Source of the DNA: Vicugna vicugna
Lineage: Eukaryota
Assembly (NCBI GenBank): GCA_013265495.1
Contig: MU058045.1
Location: 531,986 to 595,985, forward strand
Length of the DNA: 64,000 nucleotides
Direction of reading: 5' to 3'
Of this stretch, positions 40,501 through 52,500 are shown piece after piece. The translations under genes and the position numbers were made by a program. Each line of letters opens with the position of its first letter. Position 1 is the first letter of the stretch. The notes under the pieces are model-generated. The model had not been told where the DNA came from. It saw nothing but the letters and a program-made list of their open reading frames with translations, and did not search any database.

Positions 40501-43500
40501 TCTGACCGACTGGTTGATGCGGCAGACATGGAAGCCTTCATGGGCATCATAAGTGACAAACTCGGCTCCTTCTTTGACCTCACGTTCCATAATCTTTGTC
40601 CCAACAAACGTCCTCCTATCTTTGGTGAGCTGGGAGCTGTGGCTCCCATAGGCTGGAGACTCTTAGGAGACGGGTTAGAAGGAGAGTTGGGGCACGGAGT
40701 GCCTTTGGAGAAATCTCTGGAGGACCAGGCATTGAGCTCCGACCCCCTCTTCCCATGGCCCAGGGGACTTCCTGCGGGAGCCCAAGGTGTACGAAGACCT
40801 GACAGATCTGTCAGTGCTGAAGACAGCCATGGAGAACGCTCTCTATGAGTACAACCTGTCGCCTGCTGTCGTGCCAATGCAGCTGGTGCTCTTCCGGGAG
40901 GCTGTTGAACACAGTGAGCCCTTCCCACTCCCCTCCCCTCTCCAGCATCCCAACTGCAGGGTATTCCCAGGAAATAGGGATCTCTTCCCAGTCACGTCCT
41001 GGAAGTTGCCTTCCTCCCTGACCCCTTGTGGGCCCTTGTGGTCATAGGTGGGGCTCTTCCTTGATGGTGGTGTTTAATAAACATGGTGAGGTTAAAAGTT
41101 GAATTGCTGACAGGTTTAGGCACTAACCTCTTCCCACGCTTCTTTGTCCTTCTGCTGCAGTTATGGGCATCCCAGTCCCCAGCTGAGGGCCTGGAGGTCC
41201 CCTGGGTTTGCTCAGCCGACTCATTATCCTCACCCCTCTACCTCCCACCCTCCAGTCACACGGATTGTGCGGGTTATTGGACAGCCTCGGGGCAACATGC
41301 TCTTGGTGGGCATCGGGGGCAGCGGGCGCCAGAGTCTGGCCCGCTTGGCCTCGTCCATCTGCGAGTACATCACCTTCCAGATTGAGGTCACCAAATGTTA
41401 TCGGAAGCAGGAGTTCCGAGATGGTAAGGCTGATTTCTGAGATGCAGGAGGGTTTGGGGCTGGGAGTGAAAAATCAGTTGCCTGACTCCCTGTGAACCTG
41501 GGTAGAGAGATGCTCTAGGCCCCTGTTGGGTATAAGCCAGTGTCATGTATGTGTCGCAGGCTGGGGGAGGGTTCCTGAATCTCAGAAGAGGAATAGGGAC
41601 AGGATGGTGAATCTGAAGAGTCTGTCTGTGTCATTTGGCCCAGATATCAAGCGTCTGTATCGCCAGGCTGGGGTAGAGCTCAAGGCCACGTCCTTCCTTT
41701 TCGTGGACACCCAGATTGCTGATGAATCGTTCCTGGAGGACATTAACAACATCCTCAGCTCGGGCGAGGTCCCCAATCTCTACAAGACAGATGAATTTGA
41801 AGAGGTGCGATCCCTTCCATGCCCACTACCAGGTGGCTCTTTGACTTTCCCCACCAGCCCCTGAGGAAGTGTGATCCCAGAGGATGCTACTGTGGCACCC
41901 CCTCCATCCAGCCCCCATTAGATGGAAGAGCTGTTCCTCTTCAGCCTTCTGCCCTCGAGAGTCCCTACTGGGCGGCGCTGCTTTAAAACCCACCCCTTGT
42001 CAGCCCAGCCTCCCCTGCTACCCCTCCCCGACCCAGTTCTGCCACTGAACCCTCAGCCCTCTGCCTCCGTGTGGCTTCTGTGCAGATTCAAACGTACATC
42101 ATAGAACAGGCCCGGGCGGAGCAGGTGCCTGAGTCCTCGGACAGCCTCTTCGCCTACCTCATTGAGCGCGTGCGCAACAACCTGCACATCGTCCTCTGCC
42201 TCAGTCCCGTGGGCGACCCTTTCAGGTGACTCCCTTTACCGCCCTCTTCTCCCTCTGGGCCCTGCATCTGCTGGGGGGCCCTCATCCCCTCTTGGCCTCC
42301 TTGCTTTCTGAGAGTGAGATTCAAGACTCCTCAAGACTCAGGAATAGCGCTGGCCTCTCCAGCTCCACACACCCCATCTCCTTTCCTAGGCTGTACTTTC
42401 TTCCAGGAAGTTCCTGCTGACATAGGAGTCATCTGCTTCCTTTTGGTACAGCTAGATCGGTTTTTATTTTTTCCCCTTGGAAAGACGTGGCGGTTTTTGA
42501 TTTGTTTTTAAATGTTTAACTGTGGTACAAAAAAAACCACTTAAAATTTACCATTTTAATCATTTTTAAGTATACATCTCAGTAACGTTAAGTATGTTCA
42601 CATTGTTGTGCAACAGATCTCTAGAATATTCTCATCTTGCAAAACTGTAACTCTATACCCATTAAACAACTCCTCATCTCCCCCACCACCCCCAGGCCCT
42701 GGCAATCACCTACTTTCTGTTTCTGTAAGTGACCACTCCAGCTACCTCGTAGAAATGGAATCATACAGTACTTGTTTTTGTGGGGCTGGCTTCTTTCACT
42801 TAGCATAACATCCTCGAGGTTCATCCATGTTGCAGCGCAAGTCAGAATTTCCTTCCTTTTCAGGACCAAATAATATTCCATTGTGTGTATACATCACATT
42901 TTGCTTATCCATTCTTGGGATGACTAGATTTTTAAGGGCATCAGGAAGGAGGAGGAGGACAGAGAACTTGTACAGAGAAGCAGTTTGGATTAGCGTTTTG
43001 TTTATTTTTTTAATGTTTGTGGTTTATGGTGTATTTACTGTGCACCAGGCTCTGTGCTAAGCATTTCACAGGTGTCACCTCATTTGTTATTCCCATCTTA
43101 GAGATGAGGAAACTGATGTTCAAAAGGTTATATCACTTTCTCAAGATCCATACCTGGATGGTGTGGAACCAGGTCTTCCTTACCCCAGAACCTGCTTTTA
43201 GATCCTACACTGAACTATCTCAGAGGGAGGAGCAGAATCTGTACAAGGAGATACAGGAGCACCAGGATGAGGTTTTTTAGGTTCTTGGGGAGCAGGTGGA
43301 CCTGGGACAAAGCCTAAGGCTGGAGGCTGAGTCTGCAGATGGACTTAACTGCCTCTTGAAACCCTTGCCAGGAACTGGATCCGCCAGTACCCAGCCTTGG
43401 TGAACTGCACCTCCATCAACTGGTTCTCAGAGTGGCCCCGTGAAGCCCTGCTGGAGGTGGCTGAGAAGTACCTGGTGGGAGCAGACCTGGGGACTCAGGA

Positions 43501-46500
43501 GAATGTGAGGCCCTCCTCCCCATCTCTCCTCCCCCCGCCGGCACCTCCCGCCCATTTCTGTTTGCTGTCTGCCTTTACTCTTGCTCTGTCTCACATCCTT
43601 TGACCATTGGCCTCAGATCTACAGGAAAGTGGCCCAGATCTTTGTCACCATGCACTGGTCAGTGGCTCAGTATTCCCAGAAGATGCTGTTGGAACTTCGA
43701 AGACACAACTACGTCACACCCACCAACTACCTGGAACTTGTGTCTGGATATAAAAAGTATGACGAGGGCCAGGGGGCATGGAGGGCCAGGGAGCTTGGTG
43801 ACTTTTGAGGGCAACTGGTGAAATGATGTAATGGAAACTCTTCGGGAGCTGGCCAAGGGGACCGGCTCGAGGACTAGGTTGCTGATGTGGAATGGCAGAG
43901 ATGCAAGGGGTCTTGATTCTGCCCAGGAAGTTAATCACAGAGCGATAGGGTTTCCAGGGGTGTGTCCACCTCAGGGGCCTTTTGGCTGAGACTCTTCCCC
44001 TCACCTCTCTGTCTTTATCTCCTGGAATGATGTCTCTTTTCCCAACAACAGTACAACCGTGACATTACATTATGGGGATATATGGCAATATATGTCCTCT
44101 TCTTTCTGCCTTTAACATCTTCTAGACTTTCCACCATTCCCAAGAATTACATATTCATTCATTAAAGTGTGTTGAGTGTCTTTTTATGTACACGACACAA
44201 TAATAATTTGCTTTGAAGGATGTAAGAGAAATGTAAAAAAAAACCCTCATTTATTGGATTTAGTATTTTAATCAAGGTGAGAACAAAGCTATTTGTGATA
44301 ATGATAGCCAATGTATTTAATATGTATTTTTGAGCACCTACACTGTGCCAGGCACTATTTTAGATACTTGTAATATATATGCCAGTTAACAGAATAAAAT
44401 CCCTGCCTCCCCTGACTACATAGGCTTGTATCTTGTTTACTAGTCCCCTGTCACTGTGCTAAACCCTTTGCATGCATTTTCTTGCTTAATCCAGAAAACA
44501 ACCTTGCATTGATTTTTTTTTTTTTGGCCTGTACAATGTTAAAACGTTTTAAATGAGTTGCCAACATTTAAAACTTGGGAGCCTTTAGAAAAATCCAGAT
44601 TTCCATTCTCTCTTGAAAAATCAGAAATTGTGGCCATACTGAGCCCACATTCATTCTCAAATGGGGAAAAACAGGTTGGAGCCCAGGGATGGCCACCACC
44701 CCCTTGGGAGAGGTTTGTGTTTTCTGGTTCATTGAAGCCCCCGAGCCACTGCCCATCAGGGAACAGTGGAAGATTCTCAAGTACGGAAGGGGTGTGATGG
44801 GAACAGTGGCTAGCAAGCTGATTCTGACAGTGGCCTGTAAAATACATTAGAGGGATGAGAGTCTGGAAGCAGGAAGACCAGTTGGGAGGCAGCTGGCAAT
44901 GATCCAGGCAGGAAATGATAAAAATCTGACTATGGTGCTGGTGGTGCTGGTGGTGGTGGCAACGGGCAGGAAGATGGGGACCAGAGCTGCGCCAGGAAGG
45001 GAGACTGTATGGGCCTCTCCTTCCTGAGGGCCCAGCCTCCCCACGCACCTGATCCTACTCTGCCCCCCAGGTTGCTGGCAGAGAAGCGGCAGGAGCTGCT
45101 GAACCAGGCCAATAAGCTGAGGACCGGGTTGTTTAAGATCAATGAAACCAGGGAAAAGGTGGAAGTGATGTCGTTGGAGCTGGAGGATGCCAAGAAAAAG
45201 GTTGCTGAGTTCCAGAAGCAGTGCGAGGAGTACCTGGTCATCATCGTGCAGCAGAAGCGGGAGGCGGATGAGCAGCAGAAGGTGCCCCCCCACGCCCCTT
45301 GCTGCCCCACCCACCCGGCAGAGGCTTCCTGGTCCCCTCCCGTTATGGGGCAGGGGGTGGAGTTTCACGCCTCCTGTTTTCTTGAGCTTTCTCTTTTATC
45401 GTTATCACCACCACTATCACCCCCACTTTTGCTCAAGGTGAAGAAGACAAGACCCTTGTCTTCTTTTCATCCCTAGGCCGTCACCGCCAATAGTGAGAAG
45501 ATTGCAATTGAGGAAGTCAAGTGCCAGGCACTGGCTGACAATGCCCAGAAGGATCTAGAAGAGGCGTTGCCAGCCCTGGAAGAGGCCATGCGGGTATTGG
45601 ACTGGGAGGGCTCAGGAAGGGACTGGGGCTGGCCTTCTTTATTCTCAAAGTCCCTGGGGAATTGGGGAGCAGAGGGGTACTTCAGTTGGATCCTGTTTCC
45701 ATAAAGGACCTCTCTTGCCATCTGAGTTGACTTTGGCCCTGCTCCCCAAATTACTCCCTTTCCCCAGGCCCTGGAGTCTCTGAACAAGAAGGATATAGGA
45801 GAGATCAAGTCTTATGGACGGCCCCCTGCCCAAGTGGAGATAGTGTTGCAGGCAGTCATGATTCTTCGAGGCAACGAGCCCACCTGGGCAGAGGCCAAGA
45901 GGCAACTGGGTAAGCTAGGAAACCGGAAGGTAGTTAACACCAGTCCACCCAGCGTTCCTTAATCATCCGCTGGGCAGCAGGCACTCGGAGAGGCAGAGGT
46001 GGATGACGCATTGTCCCAACCCTCAAGAGCACAGAGCCGGGGGGAAGGTATAGCTCAGTGGCAGAGCGCGTGCTTAGCCTGCATGAGGTCCTGAGTTCAA
46101 TCCCCAGTACCTCCATTAACAAACTAAACAAATAAACTTAATTACCTACCCCCTGCAAAAAAAAAAAAAGAGCACAAAGCCTAGTAGGGAAGAGAGGCAT
46201 AAATATCAGCTAGGGTTCTTTGGCTGTAAGTAGCAGAAAACGACTCATCTTAAGAGAAAATAAAAAGAAAGAATTGTCATAAAGATATACCTTTATCACA
46301 GAATGTATCACAGAATTCAAGGACAGGAGTGCCTTGGCTCCCCCACCAGCTAAAAGGACAAAAATCAGAAAAGGGAAAACAAGAGTCTTTCTGTTTCATT
46401 CCTGTGCTATTTTTCTGCTCTGAGTTCCGTTGCTAGAATGTAGCCTGTCCACCGTGGTTTGGTGACCCCTGTCCTAGAAGAAAGTGCAAAGTATATAGCA

Positions 46501-49500
46501 AGCGTGGCGTGCAGGGTGGTGGGGCTGGGGTGTTGAAGGTAAGTGACAGGAGAGGAGGCTGGGAAGACTGTGGAGGCCCTGGGAGCTTCGAGCTTCTAGA
46601 GGAGGGAGCAAGGTCAGCTGAAGGAACTCAGGGTGAGGCCAGATGCTCTGGCCTTCGGTACTGAGCCCAGGAAACACGAGGCTGTGCCTAGTTGGGGGGT
46701 GGGGGTGGGCCCTCTGGCTGAGGCCCCTGATCTTCATCTCACAGGGGAGCAGAATTTCATCAAATCACTGATCAACTTTGATAAAGACAATATCTCAGAT
46801 AAGGTCCTGAAGAAGATCGGGGCCTACTGCGCCCAGCCCGACTTCCAGCCTGATATCATCGGCCGCGTGTCGCTGGCTGCCAAGTCCCTCTGCATGTGGG
46901 TTCGGGCCATGGAGGTGAGCGGTGGCGAGGCGGAGGGGAGCAGTGAGGCCAGCCTGGGAAGAGGACAGGTGCACCAGGAGAAAGCTGGGGTGGGTGGGTG
47001 GCAGGTGAGTACCTGGCTGTCTCCCCATAGCTGTACGGGCGGCTGTACCGGGTGGTGGAGCCCAAGCGCATCCGCATGAACGCTGCATTGGCCCAGCTGC
47101 AGGAGAAGCAGGCAGCCCTGGCTGAGGCCCAGGAGAAGCTGCGTGAGGTGAGCGCTACACCTGAGTTTCCGAGGTGGTCCCTCTCCCCAGTTTCTGATTT
47201 CCGGACGCTTCATTACTACTTATTTCTCCCCATCCAGTTCTACTCCCCTCTTCCTTACAGTCTTATCTGCCTCCCGCTCTGTGTCACCTCGGGCTCAGAA
47301 AACTAGGCCGATGGCAGAGGGTTACAAAGACACAGGGCACTGTCCCCCCGGGGGCCCTTTCAAAGTCTGACCTGGGCGCTGGCCATATTGTCGTCCTTTG
47401 CTGAGGCCCTTTGGAGATGGACCTTGAGGTAGTAACTGATGAAATCTGTGTGCCAAATGGGCCTTTGCTGCTTGGACCAGGAGGAATGTGGGGGTGCTGG
47501 AGCCAGTGCTTTGGGGAGGGGATGGGGTCGTCTGGAGGTAGAGTGTTGCTCACTGTGAACGGGCCAGACCATCCAGAAAGTGATTTCCTGCAAGATGTGC
47601 ACACAGGTAACTCTCAAGCCAGGCAGGACATTAAGTGCTTTATCAAAAGAGTTCAAAATTCTTCCAGTCTATCATTTAATTTTCTATCATTGATTCGATA
47701 GGTCATACAAATACATCCACGTGGTTTGAAATTCAAAAGGTACAAAAGCATATCCAGTAAGAAGTCTCCCACCTCTGCTCTCTGGCCACCAGCTCCCTTC
47801 CCTTGAAAGCAACCAATATTACAAATTATTGTTTATCCATCCAGCAGTGTTCTGTGCTGATATAAGCACATTTCCCCCCTTTTTAAACATAACATACACC
47901 TTCCTATCTTACTGACATATATTGAAGATTGGTCTCCATCCGTGTGTGGAGAGGCCCTGCTTCTCTTCCCCACTGCATGTTATGCCAGTGGACGGCTAGA
48001 CCATCGTTTATTTAACCATTTCCCCTCCCCTTGTTGATGGACATACTCATTGTTTCCAGTGTTTCTATCTTCACTTGTCCTCTAACTTGGTTGATACTAT
48101 CTTTAACTGGATAGAAAGTTTTAATGTTTATGTCATCAAAGCTGGCCATACCATTTCAAAATGTTTTAACTGAACCAACTACAGAGAACATTCAGGTCCA
48201 GTCCCCTCAGACGGGATGAGGAGCCCAGGGTTTAGTGAGAATGAGTGGCTGGCTGGTTACGGACAGGGCTGGGGCTGGAACCCATGCCTCCTGGCCCCAG
48301 GTCATTGTTACCTCCCAGCCTTTCCGGAAACCTTCACTCTTTTACTCTCTCTTTTTCAAGAGTGAATAATCATAGGTGTGGCAATCCATCTGGAAAGATT
48401 TCTCACCCCTGGGTGACTCATATCCTGGGCCAAATAATTAGAGGTTGTTCCCTTCATGTGTGAAATGTGAGGGAAAAAAGGGAGCTGTGAGTCAGCTGCC
48501 AACAATGTCATTCACTGGACAGACATTTGTAGAGGATCTAAGGTTAGGTGTCTGGTGGGGAGTCCACACCCTACCCTGAAGACCCCTAGTTGATAAGAGT
48601 AAGTAGACAGGGAACCAAAACGTCTCCTTTGTTACTGAAAAGGCTGTGAAGTGTAAGATCCAAATGCACCTTTTACCAGAACCTCAGAACCAGGCAACCT
48701 TACCCAGCTGCTTGCAGAGAGCTCTGTGCTGATGCTGGGCTCCACCCCAGGCCGAAAGAGCAAGAATCTCTCATGAAACCTGGAAGTCAGCAGTTTGAAG
48801 CCTTCCCTGTCAGAGCCGCACAGAGAGAGGAAAGCCTGCACAGAACACCAGTGGTCTGGGAAGAGGCCAGAGACCAGCTGGATCGCGTGTCAATCCAAAT
48901 CTTGAGTAAATAGTTTTAACCATTACCCATTTGCTTGGGGCCCTGAAAATGTATTTTCCCCAGGCCCAGTTCTGACGCACAGCAAGAGCCAGGGACCACC
49001 GGCTTAGAAATTGCCCCGGAAGGCTCTGAAATGAGTCAGAACAGAATTTGCATCCACTATAGTACTCTTAAATAAAGCCACTCCTGCAGACCACATCTTT
49101 CCTCTGCCCAAGCCATTTCCTAGAAGTTTCTGCTTCAAACATCCCACCTCTATAGAAATAGTGGTCAAAGCTGCAGCCGCCTACCAAGGTCAAAATAATG
49201 CAGGGTCGGCTTAAAGACTTTCACTAAGGCTGCAGAAGTTAAAAGTCAATCACATAAGTGTAAAAACCCACCAGCCTAATACGAGCCTCTACAGATCACG
49301 TAACTCAAAACACCTGTCCACGCCCCGCGGTCTGCCCAGGAAACCCCTAGCCCCGCCGAAAGCTTCTTGGTGGGTTTTCTGGTCTGCAAATATGTGTACT
49401 GTTGAAGGGATCTGAGATCTACTGATCTTATTTTATGCCTGAGTTCCAAACAAATTGAGAAATAAAACAAAAGGTATTTGGCCAAAAATCACCTGTAAAG

Positions 49501-52500
49501 GCTAGGTTGGAGGATGTGGCCGATGTCTGGGAGCAAGCAGCTCCCTTAGTAGTGACCCCATCTTCAAACAGACTTACCTGGTCTCGGGCATTGCCAAGGG
49601 GCCAGAGAGGAACTCGTGCCCACCCCTAATAGAAAAGGGCCCGAGCTCAGTTGGAAATTCCCAGTTTAGTCTTCCCAATTTTACCAGTCAGATCAGCCAC
49701 CACCTCTCCTGGAGAAGGGCTGAGGAAAGGTCCTGGAGGAAGTCTTCCAACACACAAGAGACTGACGGAGACAAAAATTTGTGACAACACATGACCCCCT
49801 AGAGGGAAAAATAAACCCAGAGATAAGTCAAGTTACAGAGACAAACTTAAAAAGCAGACCTAATCTAATTGGTATCCTCAGAGAGTGATTAAGGAAGAAA
49901 TGACATCCACAAAACAAAAATAGGATGATCAGAGAGAAAGTCCAAGCAGAGACAAAGAATTCTGGGAAATTTAAAAATGATCAAAGTATGACATTTGGTA
50001 GAAGGATGGGAGGACAGCGTCAAGGAATATCATACAAGAAGCAAAACCAGAAACAGAAAACACGGGAGAGAAATCAGAGACTCAATCCAACCCGTAAAAG
50101 TTTCTGAAAGCGAAAACACATCATCAGGGGTAATAGAAAAAGTATTTAACAACCGGTTCAGCACACACAGTGAACTTTCGGAATGTGTCTCAGCCACAAG
50201 CAGCTCAGCCAGCCACCCAGTTCACACTGGGCAGCAACCCAGGTCATAATAATATCGACGCTGTTTATTGGGATTTGACCTTGATAATCAATCTAGAAAC
50301 AGAGCACAGAAGAGCAAGTGTGGTCTCTGAATGGGAATGTTGTCAGCCTCGACAACATAAAAATAAAAGTACAGTGGAAAAAGTTGGGGAGTGGATACAG
50401 ACTGGGGTTGAGGGGAAGGAAGGGCAATGCTTTTGCAGTAGATAAAATAAAATGCAGTTTTAAAGTCTTATTTAAAGTTGTAAAGGTACCCAGGAGAAGA
50501 GATAAAACTATTAGGAGTAGAGAGAAAGGGGTTGCGGTGTGGAGGTATTAGGGAAGCAGATCTTCATCTGTCACAGCATAGAGTCACTAGAAATAGTCTC
50601 AAGTTGATAACCTGGAAATAGCAGCATGGAATATACTTGTAGTATCTGTAGAGGATGCGCTGGAAGGAATTTCAAGAAACAGGTCATGCTGGTTGCCTAG
50701 AGAAGGAAGCTGGGTGGTTGAGGGAGCAGGGTTGGGAGGAAGATTTCTCATGCTCTTACGCCTTTTGAATTTTTAAGTTACTTATTCACCAAGTAAACAA
50801 AATTAAAATAGAAAAGAAACAGCAGCGTCAAGATGTGCTTATGCAAGTACAAGGATACTCATTACAGCATCGTTAATAATAGAAAATGTTGGGAAGACAC
50901 AAATGTCCATCAGTAGGAGGCTTGTTATATAAATTATGGTTCCATCACACACAGAATTATTCACAGCTGGTAAAAAGAATGAGGCAGCTTGACAAGAACT
51001 GATTTGGAGACAAGTAAAAAATAGTAAAGTACAAAAACCCATGTTATTGAATGTTCCCATTTCTCTTTTTGAAAAAAAAAATCGTCCATTCAAGAAATGA
51101 TTGAGCACTATTTTAGGTTGAAGGATTCAGCGGTGAACACGCCACCGCCCTCACGGTGCTGGTATTTTCTTTACTGTGAATGGGCTCTGAGTGTGAGCTC
51201 TGTCTGGAAAGCGATACTAAAAACTGGTGATAGTGATTCCCTCTTGGGGGTCTGGGGGCTGGGGGCTGGGGTCAGGAGTGGGAGGAAGACCGCCCCTTCA
51301 CTGGTACGCTTTTGTTTCTTAAGAATGTTGATTTTGTGTGAGGTGTATTCACTATTCAAAAGAGACATAAATGGGAAAAAATTATTTTTTAAAAAAGATA
51401 AAGCTGATGTTAGGTGTGATAATGGTGTTGTGATTATGTCCTTTTTAAAAGAGATGCCTTATGAGGTACTTAGGGTTGAAATTTCATGAGTTTGTAATTT
51501 ACTTTAAGATGCTTTGGCAAAAAAACAAGTAGATGGAATAAATATAGAAAATGTTAACAATTGTTAAATCTTGATATGGATACGTAGGTATATTATTCTT
51601 TTATGGTTAATTATTCTTTTTCCTAGGTTTGAAATTTTTCATAATAATTTTTAATTAAAAAGATGAAAACTACAAAAAAACAAAAAATGCAAATATATAT
51701 ATTTTAAATAGTGGCATAAGCATAACATTCAGAGATACAGAGGTAATTACCGGAAGAAATAAAAATAGAAATGGTTAAAAAAATAATTTGCTACTGACGA
51801 ATGGGACTGAGGAGAAAAGGTGGGCTAGAGGATTATTGCTTTTCACTATAACCTCTTTAAATTATTTAGGTTTTTAACTTTATGCATCTATTTCTCGCAT
51901 AAAAAATAAAAACAGTGAAGAAAACACTACATGCAAAATAAGTAAGGAAATACAGAAGTATTCGTGGGCTGGCAGCTTCGCCAGAGACCAGTCTCCGTGG
52001 GAAGCCAAATTATAATCAGAGTGTTGCTGATGAGCGAGGCCTCAGTGCTGGGAGGTGGTCACGTGAACCTGATGACAGGTGCCACGCGGTAAAGATTGCC
52101 GGATGCATGGCCTCCACCGGGGCAGGCCCCCAGCCAGTGTTTCCTCCAAGTGGCCCAGCTGATCACCGAGTAACCCCTTCTTTCTTTAGATGTTAATGCC
52201 TTCTAACAGATGACTACCGAGGCTTGACCTGTAAGCTGCCCTGTCGGCCGCCCTGTCATTCGAAGGTGACATTTTGAATCTCCACTTTGCTTTGAAAAAT
52301 ATTCCTTGGAAGGAGGGAGAGTAAAGCTCAGTGGTAGAGTGCCTGCTTAGCATGTATGAGGTCCTGGGTTCAATCCCCAATCCCTCCGCTAAAAGTAAAT
52401 AAATAAGGGGGGGAAAATATAGCTCAGGTGGTAGAGTGCATGCTTAGGGTGCATGAGGGCCTGGGTTCAATCTTCTAGTACCTCCTCTTAGAAAATAAAA

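Noticed and set aside
41309..41332. AAA4 Walker A lacking Lys (GSGRQ) as a loss-of-function lesion
   Set aside because: A degenerate P4 loop (GSGR/KQS) is normal in axonemal dynein heavy chains.
42621..42881. 86-aa minus-strand ORF as a novel gene
   Set aside because: It is the standard L1 3'-end remnant (EYY...KRKEIL...[13 protein letters not shown]).
46039..46115. Apparent tRNA-Ala(AGC) genes, here and at 1, 7927, 14000, 24109, 38740, 52312, 52407 and 53345
   Set aside because: Each has a SINE body, an A-rich tail and often a TSD, plus stem-breaking substitutions. They are SINE heads, not tRNA genes.
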